DNA of 64,000 nucleotides from the human T2T-CHM13v2.0 reference genome, Homo sapiens (GCF_009914755.1 NC_060931.1), one strand, 5' to 3'. Numbered from the stretch's first letter, positions 42,086 to 54,677 are shown. Notes: generated from the sequence alone by a model not told the origin. Made by a program: numbers and translations.

Positions 42086-43419
42086 AAATAATTATCCCAT
42101 TATCAATATTTTAATAAATTGGATCCATGAACCAAATCCAATGAGATTAAATCAATTAGTAATAATATACAAATTTGTATTAAAATTACAAGAATTCCTT
42201 GCACATTTGAGAACAAGAGAGTCATGACTGTTTATCAGCAATAATAAACTATTAATTTTAATTGTCACCAGCTAATTGAGATTAATTGCAACACATCATG
42301 CTTTACAATGTGACTGTCAAAAGGAAAATATGATTGTAATCTTATACTACATCTATCAATGTCTTTGATTCATAGGACTATAGAATAAACCCCTAGTTTT
42401 CAAAGCCAACTGATGAGGCAGCGACATCTTATGCAAGTTTGCTGCTTTCTGCCACAGTGGTCCTTGGTCAGCTGGCACAAATTGTTTTACCAACACCACT
42501 AGGTCTAAAAAACGTTTGGATCACAATGAACACAGAAACACCTTCATCCCTTCAGAAATACCTATCAATTAGTTCCAATACAGAATGAAAAATTGACAAC
42601 GGAAGTATGTTGATTGTAAAAATGCCAGATAGCTTGCATCTACATGAAAGAAAAATGCCATTTTTATTACAATAGATCATTGTTTTACATGAGTTTTGGT
42701 ATAGCACAATGTTGAACCAAGGGCAGAGAGATGAATTAATGAAGTCTTAAGATATCAAGAATTTGAAAGAAAAGGCAGGTCATCTTTGAAGGTTAGTGAC
42801 ATAGCATTCATCTTCTGTTGTCACCTTTTCCGTCATTCCCTGTATGCCTGATGGACAGCTTTCACTCAAGTTCAGAGAACAGCATGCAAAGATTAGCTAC
42901 CAACTAATTTTTATGAAGTGAGCTAAATTTCTAGCCAGACTGAGCTTATGTTTTAGCAGGAAGCATTTTTGGGAAATGTTTATGTTAGAGTTTGCCCTTC
43001 TTGACAAGGTGAGACATAAATGTCTACTTTATAGACATGAATTAAGATGGGAAGATATTTGGGGGACACATTTTCTCAAATGCTAAATAACAAAGGTACA
43101 CAAAGGGGAAGTTATACTAGATTTATTTCCCACTTGTTTTCTATGTCTCATCCAATTCATCTTGATTCCCTTCAGTTTCTGTTTAATGTAGAAAGTGGCA
43201 TTTTCATTATTTTAAGCTTCTAGCACAATGAATTTCTCTTTTTCATGAACTGCATTATAAATGAAAGGGAGGAAGAGTGTCCAATATCATATTTATTGTT
43301 CAACAAAACACTGCTCCACTGCTTAAATTCAGTTTAAAAAAGAGAATTTATTGAACATCTAACACATACATGAAAGGCAGTAAAGACAAATGAGAAGAGG
43401 GCAGGATATTGAAGTATAC

Positions 43420-43510
43420 AGATTTGAATGCTGAGTTTTGTATCTTAGTAAGTTACTGCACCTTACAGAGACTCATTTTCCCCTGATTTAGGAAGGCGAT
43501 GCTAATGGGT
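43420..43510 (+). mobile_element. MIR core fragment
   Basis: tgtatcttagtaagttactgcaccttacagagactcattttcccctga resembles MIR tgtgaccttgggcaagttacttaacctctctgagcctcagtttcctcatct. Confidence 0.45.
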
Positions 43511-43789
43511 ATTGCATAGGTGTAAGTATAAAAATGTTGTACTTAAGAGAATCCCACAAGCTTGGTATAAGGCAGAAAATAAATAGATGTGACATTAATG
43601 AGTAGTTTATTACATTTGTATGCTACCTGCAGACTAGAGAAAGCAAGAAACATAGCCACTATGCTTGATTAGCATTATATTCTAATTTGGAATATAAATA
43701 GAAAAGAGAAAAATAGAAAGCTATGCATAAACACATGCCTTAAAATGAATATTATGTGGACTCTTTCAGGAAAATGTTCCTAAGGTATT

Positions 43790-44440
43790 TTATCTTTTTA
43801 TTGTGGTAAAATACACATAACATAAAATGTACTCTGTTAACCATTTTAAGTGTACAGTTCAGTGATACTAAATAGAGTCATAACATTGTGCAGCCATCCC
43901 TACCATCCATCTCCATAACTCGTTTCATCTTGTGAAACTGAAACTCTATGCCCATTAAACAGTACTTCCCCATGTCTTCCTCCCCCCAGCTTCTGGCAGT
44001 CATCATTGTACTATCTCTGTGATTCTGTCCACTTTAAGTCTCTTATACAAATGGAATTATACTGTATTTGTCCTTCACTGACTAACTTATTTCACTTGAC
44101 ATAATATCCTCAAGTTTCATCCAAGTTGCAACATATGTCAGAATATTTCCCTCATGTTTAAGGCTGAATAATTTTCCATTGTATGTATACTTCATGTTTT
44201 GCTTATCCATTCATCTGTTGTTGGGCACTTCAATTGCTTCTACGTTTTAGCTATTGCCAATAATGCTGCTACAAACATGGATGTGCAAATATTTTTTCAA
44301 GACTCTGCTTTCAATTCTTATGCTATCTTGAGATGTGGGGCTGCTGAATCATAAGGCAATACCATTTTGATGTTTTGAGGAACTACCATAATCTTTTCCA
44401 CAGCAAACATAGGGTTTGGCATTCCCTCCAATATTGCAAA
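43790..44440 (-). mobile_element. L1MB1-3-like 3' end
   Basis: tttttattgtggtaaaatacacataacataaaa...aaccattttaagtgtacagttcagtg...aaggctgaataattttccattgtatgtata is the antisense L1MB 3' UTR. Confidence 0.8.
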
Positions 44441-45249
44441 AGGAATCGCCACATCCTTGCCTGTGGATTTTATTCACAAGTCCTGTGGCTCTCTCTACAT
44501 CCCGGCCACCATGTGTTATTTCCTGTTTATATATATGACATCAAAGGTGCAGGAAGTAATGAACTAAATTGGAAGGATAAACATGTAGAAAAATAGAGGT
44601 AAATACTGACTACATAAAACCACAAGAATAAGAATTTTGGATGATCTATCTATTGTATATCTATTTATCTAACATCTATCTGTTCCTCCATCTGTAATTA
44701 AAATATATTACAGTTAGAGAACAGAGAAAAAAGTAGGAATACATGAATTTAAATTTTGATTCTTCTTAGATTGTCTCACAGCATCATTATATGACAGAAA
44801 ATTTATAGGTCAGTATCTGTTAACTATAAATGTAACATTTTTAAAGTATTGAAATACCTTGAATTGCAGCATGAATAACATATTATGATCCATTCAAGTT
44901 TATTTTATTCCAGGAACACAAAAATAAAAATTTCATTTGCAATTCAAGAAAAACAAAAATCGATACATATGATTGATGTATATACACATTTAAAGTATTT
45001 TTAAATATACATTTTTAAAAAATAAAATTTTTCTAGGACAACTACTTAAAATATCACTGAAAATAGTGTTATTAGATAATACCTTCCTAATAACTCTGGT
45101 ATTACATAAGAAAAAAATTAAAATTTCAGATAAGCTTAGAAACTAAAAATTTTAAAAATATTATTCTGTTCTCCATATGTTCATATTTAACATTATTTCT
45201 TGTTTTCATTCTTCTTCAGTGTTGCTCTACTAAAATATAACATACAATA

Positions 45250-45620
45250 GTTACTTTTGATTTCTGTTCTTATTACTCAAAATTGTATACATTTTCTCAT
45301 GCTCTTCATTTAGCTATGCTACTTTTCTTTACTCCTGGAATTTTCACATTTGTGTTCACTCTCTTTTGAGTTCCCATAGTATCAAATAAGCTTTTTGCCC
45401 TCTTTCTGATTTGAAGGTTCATCTTCTCATAATTATTTTGTCCACTCAGTTTCTTTTCATTCTCAGTTAAGTGCCTCTCATCTGGCTTCTTTTCATTTGT
45501 AAGGTTTCCTTTCATCTTAAGCCAGTCTTTTATTTATATTTTGATTCTGTTTTTTGGAGGACATGCTTCCCTGAATTTTAAGGAAGAGGCCAAAAGGTTG
45601 GTTCAAGTTTTTACCGGATA
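45250..45620 (-). mobile_element. Possible HAL1/L1M ORF1 remnant
   Basis: Minus translation NNYEKMNLQIRKRAK...KRVNTNVKIP loosely resembles L1M/HAL1 ENFPELKKDMSLQIERAH...KRPTPRHILVKF. Confidence 0.35.
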
Positions 45621-48404
45621 CATTGGATTAAATTATCTAATGTACACACCCTTAATTTAAGTCTAGGGGCGACTGTCTACTCTCGATTTTGTATAGTATT
45701 ATTTTTCTTAACATCCAAGTCCATCTTCATCTATTTGTATATGATCAATAAAAATATGTTTGTCCAGAACCCTGCTTTGGTGGAGTTATTTCTTTCTAAG
45801 TAGGAGAGGTAGCAGTTGAGACATGAGCTGGGTTCTGGGTCAGTTTAGAGGGCTGGGTGACATTCCTCCTTTTGGTCTGTATGACTGAATGAATGCAGTT
45901 CTTGCTGTCTCGCTCCTCTCCTTAACACATTAAGCCATTGCAGCAGATGAGAAGGAATAATCCTGATCTGCCATTCAGGTGGAACAGTTGTTCTCTCCAA
46001 CCACATCCATAGGTTGTACTCACACTCGGCCAGAATGTATCCTGTCAATCATATGGAGATGTATCTAGCTATCTAGATAGATATCTACTTTGGTTTATGC
46101 TCTCTGGTTGCCCGTAAATTATCTCCTTAAAGTGAATATCAAAAGAGAGCTTGGTGATGGCAGTGTTATAAAATCCTCAAAATGCAGCACCCACACCCAG
46201 AGGAATTTGTAGATTCTGGGATTCTAATTCAGATACCAAACTATATAAAAGGGGCATTTGTCATTGAGGGTTGCTAGGCTCTTTGTGGAGCATATTTGCT
46301 GTTTTCATGACTTTGAAATTATTTTACAAATCTAACCTTTTTCTCGGTGTGCTGCAAGATGATTTGATTTTAATGCACAAGCACTAACTCTCCCCTAAGA
46401 TTTGTACAATATATTTGCTCTGACAAGCCATAGCCAGCAACTCACTTCACAGCAATTTATAGCATTTCCACGACAATTTGAATTATTTTTAACTAGACTC
46501 TCTTTGCCTTAATAAAAATATGAAGAAGCAATTTACTTGTTCTAGTTAGGTTCAAAAGTTGGCAGTCTCTCTCCTGGAAAGAATAATAAAACTTTTCAGC
46601 GGCCTAATATGCATCTATAGACACACACACATGCAAGCACTATTCATAATATTTAAAGCACATTCTGTTCTATGACTTCATTTGTTTAGCACAAAATAAA
46701 ACGATCTCAGTATATGTCAAGTACCAATTTTTTCGTATGGCCAATTATAGGTATTTTAATTTTTAAAGATTAGAGTGTTCTTGAAGCTCTTTCTATTTCT
46801 TTGTCAATGAACTAAACATTGGCAAATATGTAGGGTTTCCCACCTAAGAACATTATTAACATCAAAATAGAAAGCTGGTGGTAGAAATAATGATTGGGAA
46901 CACAGAGTCTCTACTCAGCGTTCTATTTCTGCCATACCATAACTTTGTGATCTCACGAAATATCTCTCCATGTTCTCATCCCTATGTATAGTTCTGTCAT
47001 TTTTCAATAAGAGCTTTTTGCTTAATTATGAAGTACTAGTTACTATAACCATTATTTTGAGCTTCATGTAAATCAAGAACACATGGACCCCACTTGCAAA
47101 ACATTGAAAATGTAGTTAGGGATTGAGGGCACAAAGCAACATTTTAAAATGTGTAAAGACAATGAGTAAGCAACAAAGTGTCCAATTTTTTAGGCGAAAG
47201 TTGCATACGTCAGGAAAAGGCAGGATTAAGTAACAGAGAATTTGAATGATAACTGGCCAATTGGTGTCGTTTACAATTGCAAGTCATACAAATGAAGTTT
47301 GCTTTTTTAAAGAGAAAAGGAGTTAGTTAGAATGGGTCAACCTATTGGGGAAGCAAGGTAGTTAGAGACAATGCCCAAAACCATGTGAGCAAATGCTCTG
47401 TAGAGCGCACCCCTGCAATGCTGCCATTGTGAGGCCAAGTCTCTCCTTGTCTTGGTACTGAGACCTCCATTCTGCCTCCATCATTGCCACTGTAGCTGCC
47501 ACAAAATGATCCCTCAACCACCGCTGCCCAGGAACAAAGAAAGAATTCTGTCCTTCTGCGCTCTCAGATCAATTTCCAACATCAGGTGAGACTTTGATGG
47601 GCACTATTCAGTTCCCATATCCCTGAAATAGATTCAGTAAAAACATAGAAACTGCCTATGTGTTTCCCAATAAGACACATATGGAAGCCTGTTTTCCCAC
47701 AACAGGAAGGGGTTTCCACGATGGGTGCTCAAAGGAACAATATTCCCTGTAAACCATACTTTGCCCATATGAAGAAGAGCAATAAAGATTATTTAGTAAA
47801 TAGACATGGAAACTCATCCAGGGTTGGCTGATGAGAAGCTGGTTAGCAAGGGGGTCTGCCTTCAGTTAGCACAAGGTCTGTACTTCCCACGGGTTCTCTC
47901 CACAGCAGGAGGGATGAAAACTTCCCTTTCCTCCCCTGCACCTACCCTCAAATGGCCCAGAGGTCTTCAGGTGCTAGAATTTCTCAATTAATGCTGCACA
48001 AAATAACAGACAGCCTTGACTGTCACTGTCTGTTCTCATGAAGCTAGTCTCTGCTTACTACATAAAACAGAAGAGTAAGAACAAGGGTGTTAAACACTAC
48101 CCTAGCTCAAACAAGTTTCTCTCTGTAGGATGCCAAGAACCTGGGAACCAGTGCATCTGCTGCTTTCCCTTCTCGGATTCTAGCCCAGACACAAGAGGCA
48201 AGGGGCATTTCTTCAGAGGCCTTGAGCTTCACTACACAATGCCCCAGGCTCTACATGCACCCTCTTTATATATTTCTACCTTGAAAAAAATTTTTATATA
48301 ATATTAATAATATATATTTTTATATAAGGAACACATATGTTTATTTTATAGATAGATATAGATATACATAGATAAAGATCTCTAGTCTGCCTTTTTTAAG
48401 GCTG

Positions 48405-48697
48405 GGCTGATCGCGGTGCCCCAAAACTATAATCCCAGCACTTTGGGAGGCCAAGGTGGCCAGATCTCTTGAGTCCAGGAGATGGAGATCAGCCAGGGCA
48501 ACATGGTGAAACCCTATCTTTACAAAAATTAGCTAGTATGGTGTCATGCACTTGCAGTCCCTGCTACTCAGGAGACTGAGGTGGGAGAATCGCTTGAGCA
48601 CAGTATGTGAAGACTTCAGTGAGCTCTGATCACATGACTGCACTCCATCTTGGGTGACAAAGTGAGACCCTCTCTCAAAATAAAATAAAATAAAAAG
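48405..48697 (+). mobile_element. Alu (old, AluJ-like), full-length dimer
   Basis: taatcccagcactttgggaggccaagg...ttgagtccaggag...gagaccctctctc followed by an (AAAAT)n tail. Short aaggct flanking repeat. Confidence 0.9.
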
Positions 48698-49729
48698 GCT
48701 ACCACCATACTCACAGATAAGTGTGTCAGGTATATTTGCAGCTATCTTTCCTATATTCTATTTGGTAAAAAAAAAAATTGCAAAGAACTCTTCTCATTCT
48801 AGATTTTTGTATTAATTAGACATTTGAAGTTTATAGCAGAAGAGCTATAATCATGTTTGTTATGTGTACTCTATAGACCAGATAGTGCAAACATATATCA
48901 ATGCTTTTTAAAAGTATATAAGGTTATTAGAAATATTTTAAACTACCTATAGGTATATATGTATCTAATTGAACTATCAAATGCAAGTAAGATCATTTCC
49001 TCAGCGTGTGAAATGCACTCAATTTATTAAAATATTTTCTAATGTCTATTACAATAATATTTCTTAATTAGCTAGCATAAGAGGAGTTTTAAGACATTTA
49101 TTTATATGTACTTACTAGATTCAAACTCGATTCCACTATTTTCAGAAATCATGCTCCGAGACAAGTCCTTTTTTTATCTAACTATGTTTCTACCTATATT
49201 AAAAGACAGATATGTCAATTTTGCTGATCATGCTGTTCCAGACCTCTCCATCCTATTTTTCGGTTTGTTCTATCAGTCATTCAGAGACTTACTTATATTC
49301 AAATTTCTCTCTAGGTTTAACATTTGTGTATGTCTTCTTGTGTTTTTGTCTATTTTTGCTGTATATAATTTAAGACATTTATTGACATATATCATACATG
49401 CAGAAAAGTACAATGATTAAATATGGATAGCTTCATTAATGAAACACATGTAGTTGCTTATAACCATGTATGAAAATAGAACATTACTAAAAATAGAGAT
49501 ACTTCTCCTGCCCCTTTCCAAACACTAACCCTCATCCTCAATAGAAACAGATTTTTTTTTTATCATAATTTGGTCTATTTTCAAATTTTTATTAAATAAA
49601 TCAGAGTATCTACTCTAAGTCTATGTTTCTTTCACTGTTGTTATTTTGCTTATAGTATTTATCTGCTAATGGACATGGTAGATTAAAGACGGCTACATAC
49701 ACATTTTTTAATTAATAGATTTTTTGAGC

Positions 49730-49861
49730 ACTCTGTGGCTCATGCCTCTAATCCCACCACTTTGGGAGGCTGAGGTGCGTGGATCATGGGGTCAGGAGAT
49801 CGAGACCATCCTGGCCAATGTGGTAAAACCCCTTCTCTACTAAAATACAAAAAATTAGCTG
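49730..49861 (+). mobile_element. Alu left monomer only (AluS/Y-type), truncated just after the mid A-rich linker
   Basis: gtggctcatgcctctaatccc...gtcaggagatcgagaccatcctggcca...ctactaaaatacaaaaaattagctg, then unrelated sequence. Confidence 0.9.
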
Positions 49862-50007
49862 ATAGATAACAGCATGATAACATGTGGGTTCTTAGCTGCA
49901 CTGAGTCAAGCCTACTTACATCTTTGTTTGTCTTCCTCTGCACTTTTCCTTCCACATCACACTCCAGGAATGCCAAGCTGTGCTGGCCTTCTACCCCATT
50001 TCCACTA

Positions 50008-51513
50008 TTTTGCCCCCACCGACGTGGCTTTTTGCCGCCGTGGATTTTTGACCATGCCGCTGCGGGTTTTTGCGGCTTTCTGCCCCCGCCGCCGCGGCTT
50101 TCTGACCCTGGCCTCGCCGAATTTAGCCCCTGCCGTCACGGCTTTTTGGGGCTCTTTGCCCTCGCCGCCGCGGCTTTTTGCCGCCGCAGCTTTTTGCATC
50201 TTTCTCCCCCTGCCTCCGTGGCTTTTTGCCCCTGAAGCCACAGCTTTTTGCCCTCGCCGCCGCGGCTTTTTGCGACCTTTTTTCCCCCTGCTGCCGCAGC
50301 TTTTTGCCCCCACCACCGCGAATTTTTCCGCCGCGGCTTTTTGTCACCGCCGCCGTGGCTTTTTATGGCTTTTGGCCCCCGGTGCCGTGGCTTTTTACTG
50401 CTTATTGCCCCCGCCGCCGCAGGTTTTTCCCGCCGCGGCTTCCTGCCCCGCAGCCCCGGCTTTTTGCGGCTTTTTGCCGCCGTGGCTTTTGGCCCCCGCC
50501 ACTGTGGCTTTTTACGCCTTTTCGCCCCCGCCGCCGCAGGTTTTTCCAGCCGCGGCTTCTTGCCCCCACTGCCCGCGCTTTTTGTGTCGTTTTGCCCCCG
50601 CCGCCGTGGCTTTTTGCTGCTATTTGCCCCTGCCACCACAGCTTTTTGCCCCCGCCGCCGCGGCTCCTTGCCCCCTACGTGGCTTCCTGTTCCCGCCTCC
50701 GCGGCTTTTTATCACCCCAGCCGCTTTTTGCCCCCGCCGCCACGGGTTTTTGCTCCTGCCGCCGAGGGTTTTTGCGCCTTCATGTCCCCACCGTCGTGGC
50801 TTTTTGCCGCCCCTGCTTTTTGCCCCCTCTGACGCGGCTTTTTGCGGCTTTTTACCACCTCCACCGTGGCTTTTTGCGGCTTTTGGCACCGGACGCCATG
50901 GCTTTTTCAGGCTTTTTGCCCCCGCCGCCACGGCTTTTTGCTGCCGCCACACCGTTTAGCCCCCACCGCGCCTTTTTGCACCCGCAGCCGCATCTTTTTG
51001 CACCCGCAGCCGCATCTTTTTGCCGCCGCGACTTCTTACCCCGCCACCGCGGTTTTTGCCTCCGCTGTCGTGGCTTTCTGCCCCCGATGCTGCGGCTTTT
51101 TACAGCTTTTTGCCCCCGTCACCGCAGCTTTTTGCCCCCACCACCGCGGCTTTTTGCCCCCGCCACCACAGCTTTTTGTCACCGCGGCTGTTTGCCTCGA
51201 CTGTCATGGCTTGTTGCCCCCGCCGCCGTGGCTTGTTGCCCCTGTAGCCCCAGCTTTTTCCCCCACCGCCCCGGCTTTTTGACCCCACCGTTGCGGCTTT
51301 TTACGCCCGCCGCCGTGGCTTTTTGCGGCTTTTTGCTCCCACCGCCGCGGCTTTTTGTCCCCATCACCGAGGCTTTTTCCCCGCCGCTGCGGCTTTTTGC
51401 CAACGCGGCTTTTTATTCCCGCCTCCACAGGTTTTTACCGCTGAGGCTTTTTCACCCCGCCGTCGCGGGTTTTTGCCCCCACCGCCGTGGCTTTTTGCCC
51501 CCACCGCCGCGGG
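50008..51513. repeat. GC-rich GCTTTTTGC / CAAAAAG pericentromeric tandem repeat, unit ~22 bp (GCCCCCGCCGCCGCGGCTTTTT) plus ~10-bp GCGGCTTTTT subunits
   Basis: Tandem array directly visible. The motif is the one reported flanking the pericentromeric ABCD1/ALD duplications. Confidence 0.9.
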
Positions 51514-51664
51514 TCTGAGGGCGGGATTGGCAGACTCGGCTGCTAGATCTACCGGCGTCCTGGCTAAGGCAGCGCCGACGGTCACTCCTGGTCCAGCTCT
51601 CCTGGTTCGGGGGTTCCTTGCCTAGACACCCGCACCCCAGGCTCTGTTCCTGGGCTGCTGCAGG

Positions 51665-51895
51665 CTGCATAGAGCAGCGCCAAGCTCGGCCCCGATGGGA
51701 GAGAAGAAGGAGAGCGGTGGAGGGGGTGACGCGGCTATTGCGGAGGGAGGCGCAGGGGCCGCAGCCAGCCGGGTGCTGCAGCAGTGCGGGCAGCTCCAGA
51801 AGCTCATTGGCATCTCCTTTGGCAGCCTGCGTTGGCTGCGCACCAAGTGCGCTGAGTCCAAAGACCTCACCCAGCAGGAGATACGGACCGTGCAG
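51665..51895 (+). pseudogene. KSR1P1: Unprocessed duplicated KSR1 exon 1 coding segment (N-terminal CA1/CC-SAM helices), KSR1P1-like
   Basis: 51695-51895 encodes [67 protein letters not shown] versus KSR1 [67 protein letters not shown] (57/67 against my recalled sequence). The first ATG is CTG at 51665 (LHRAA vs MDRAA). Donor CAG|GTAAG at 51895/6. The symbol may belong to a paralogous copy. Confidence 0.9.
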
Positions 51896-52717
51896 GTAAG
51901 GGGGTCGGGGACCAGGGCTGGGCTCCAGCACCGGACTGGACATCTCCCTCGGGGCCCCAGTTCACTCCTGGCCGAGTTGCATTCTTGAGCCTGCTTCACC
52001 CCCTTGGAGGCTTCTCCTCCCTCCTGCACTCGCTGATGCGGCAGCCAGAGGACCCGGGACCAGCCCTCACCTTGGGCAGGATTTGTGGGGCGGGTGCGTG
52101 TTGGGAAATGTGATGGTGGCTCGAGGGTCCAGTGGGCGGGGTGGGCTGCGTGCGGACATCCCCTTACGCCCCGAATTTCCATCTGGTGCAGCCTTCTCAT
52201 CTTGTAGGTGAGGAAACCGAAGGCCTGAGGGAAAAATGACTTGCCAGGAACCCTGTTAAGGAAAATTAACAAAGTGTGGTTATCAAAGGAGAACTGAGTT
52301 CGGATTCATACCTGGAGTCCCACACCTTTGGTTAAGACATTATACCACCTTGAGTCTGGCCTGTTGACTGAGGGTGAGCCACTCCATCCTCGTCTGATTG
52401 TGGGGTCTTGACCTCAAGGGGTTTCCTTCAGGAAGAAGCAAATGGGTTTGCTATCCTAGCTCTGTCCAGTACCTTAGGGACCCTGAGAACTGGAGAGATT
52501 CTTGGAGAGCCATCTGGTGTATGTCATGGGTGGGTCTTGTTTGAAGGTCAGTGTGCCCAGTGTGCTGGCTCAGCCCGAATGAACTGTCTTGAATCTTTGT
52601 AGATGTCTGTGTACTTTTAAGGGTTTCTCATCCTTGGACCAAAAGATCCCCTGGAAATTAGGTGGGAAAACCTTAATTTTGTGGAGCCTTGTATTTGTCT
52701 TAAAAGTTCATGCGCAT

Positions 52718-52993
52718 AGCCAGGTGTGGTGGCTCACGCCTGTTATCCTGCCCTGGATCCCTTGAGTCAAGGAGTTTGAGACCAACCTGGACAATATAAT
52801 GAGACCCCATCTCTACAAAAAATAAAATATTAGCCAGGAGTGGTTGTGCTCATCTGTTGTCCCAGCTACTACTGTGGCTGAGGTGGGAGGAGCACTTGAG
52901 CCTGCACTGAGCTGTGATCTCACCAGTGTATTTCAGCCTGGGCCACAGGGCAACACCTTGACTCAAAAAAAAAAAAAAAAAAAAAACAAGAAA
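52718..52993 (+). mobile_element. AluJ-like element with internal deletions and long poly(A)
   Basis: gccaggtgtggtggctcacgcctgt...gagaccccatctctacaaaaaat...gactc followed by a long A run. Confidence 0.85.
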
Positions 52994-53103
52994 AATTCTT
53001 GAAGATTTTGCATTCTGTCCCACTCTCCATTGGTTTTCATGTCAAGATAATGACAGAAATTCTTTACAATTGCTTACAGAAGGAGTGGCCTTTTGACCTA
53101 GTG

Positions 53104-53293
53104 CACAGGTGTCCAGTCTTTTGGCTTCTCAGGGCCACATTGGAAGAAGAATGCTCCTGGGCCACAGATAAAATACACTACTGCTAATGATAGCTGATGA
53201 GCTTAAAAAAAAAGGTTTGTGCATAATTTTCATGATACCCACCACCACAGATAGGCGGAAAAGTCCTCGTAATCAAAGGGTTGGACACAGCTG
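53104..53293 (+). mobile_element. MER30 (hAT-Charlie MITE)
   Basis: ggtgtccagtcttttggcttctcagggccacattggaagaagaa...gatagctgatgagct...gggttggacacagctg. 8-bp TSD acctagtg (53096) / atctagtg (53294). Confidence 0.85.
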
Positions 53294-53658
53294 ATCTAGT
53301 GTCTTTTCGTCCGTTTTGGCTTTCTCCCTGACTCCAGAATTCAGGTGGAGATGTAGAGAAATGCTCTCAGGACAGCTGTTAAGATAATACAAATTCGTTG
53401 TCATTTATTCCCAAGGACAGCTGTTTGCCATTTGCATTGAAAAAGTCTCCATCCAAACTGCTGTCACATATAAAATCTATTTATATGTCTGTATTTTTCT
53501 GTTGTCTTGGCCTTTGTGGGCAGTAGTGTGTTTTAACCGAGCAAACTGTCCTTCCAAATAATGAAGCTGAAGTCAGCCTACCTGCTTGCCATTTTTCTTC
53601 CCCTTCCATTTTTCTAACCTCAGGATAATTGTAAGAATGAATTAAGATTTGTGTTTAA

Positions 53659-53802
53659 GGCTGGGCACAGTGTCTCAGGCCTGTAATCTCAGCACTTTGG
53701 GAGGCGGAGATGGATGTATCCTTTGATCTCAGGAGTTGAAGACCAGCCTGGGCAACATACTGAGACTCCGTCTTGTATAATTAAATTAAAAATTAAAAAA
53801 AA
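53659..53802 (+). mobile_element. Free left Alu monomer (FLAM)
   Basis: Single Alu arm with A-rich tail, flanked by tgtgtttaa direct repeats. Confidence 0.8.
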
Positions 53803-54677
53803 GGAGAGAAAAGGACCTGTGTTTAAAATTTTAAAAAAGGAGGGAAGGTGTAATGCAAAATGTGGACTATGCTAGCTATGATTGGGAAAAATAATTTTTC
53901 ATACAGCATTATCTGTTGACTTGTATTAGCAGCATACTGGTCATAAGCGTTTTACTTTCCTCAAATATGATGAGGTAAGCTACTTTAAAGTGTGGTGGGG
54001 CTTTCTTCTGCATGGCTCCTGGAGGTGTTGAGTCCCAATTTAGCCAATTAATTTGGGTTTAGTTTTAATATGGATGAGGGAGACTGGCTTCATTCATGAT
54101 GCACACACAGTTTGGCCAGTAAGGAAAAAAAAGCCACCTGAATGTTCCTACTCATGAGATGCTATCTGGAGAGCTCCTACCCCACCACTACAAAGGCCCT
54201 GGCCCTTAAAAAGACTCAATGCAGCCTTTCTGCATCTTATACTGTATTCTGCAAGATGCTCCTGTGAAAGAAAGTTGTGCTGCATCAGCCATCTCCCTCC
54301 TGAAGATCCCTGCGGATGTGGATTTGTGTTTTAAAGGTTCTCAGAAGTCCTGCAACAACAGTTCTCAAACTTATTTGTCCAGGGGATCTTTTCTTCCACT
54401 GAACATAGTTGGGGAGACACGGCCTTAAACCTTGAGCAGAGAAAGAGACAAGAAACTTTTGGCTCACTTACAACCAAGTGTTGTGTTTATGTTTTATGTT
54501 TTTATGAAACTGAGGTGCTGTTTGAGGTTCTGAATCAAATTGGGTGGTTGAAGAGAGGCTGGTATCCCTGTAGACTTAGCCAGCCATGAGAGATTGAATT
54601 TTGTTGAAGGAGGTGTTTTACAAAGGGAAATAGGGTGTCTCCTGGGCATCACATCAGCACTTAAATACATGTATCAC

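Larger units (their letters stand above)
50008..52170 (+). promoter_or_regulatory. CpG-rich island-like segment (tandem array plus KSR1-derived 5' UTR/exon 1); promoter activity unproven
   Basis: High GC and many CpGs against an AT-rich background. GC box gggcggga at ~51519. Confidence 0.4.
51896..54677 (+). other. Probable KSR1 intron-1-derived duplicon; no exon 2 seen
   Basis: Follows the GT donor as GC-rich then ordinary intronic sequence with MIR/Alu/MER30. Ends abruptly at the (GAAAT)n block. Extent is inferred. Confidence 0.6.

Noticed and set aside
45845-46048. Non-repetitive-looking minus ORF (GYILAECEYNLWMWLERTTVPPEWQ...) with a possible acceptor ttgacag
   Set aside because: I recognise no protein family and the polypyrimidine tract is weak. 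It could be a lncRNA exon or old repeat, and needs BLAST/EST evidence.
49874-51625. Long Pro/Ala/Phe/Arg-rich ORFs (361 aa, 446 aa) and Lys/Gly-rich antisense ORFs
   Set aside because: They arise because the GCTTTTTGC array lacks A on + (and T on -), so stops are rare in all frames. Several begin at non-ATG codons.
51665-54677. The true KSR1 gene or a processed pseudogene
   Set aside because: Lost first ATG, many substitutions, no exon 2 and a satellite context rule out the real gene. The retained donor and intron rule out retrocopying.
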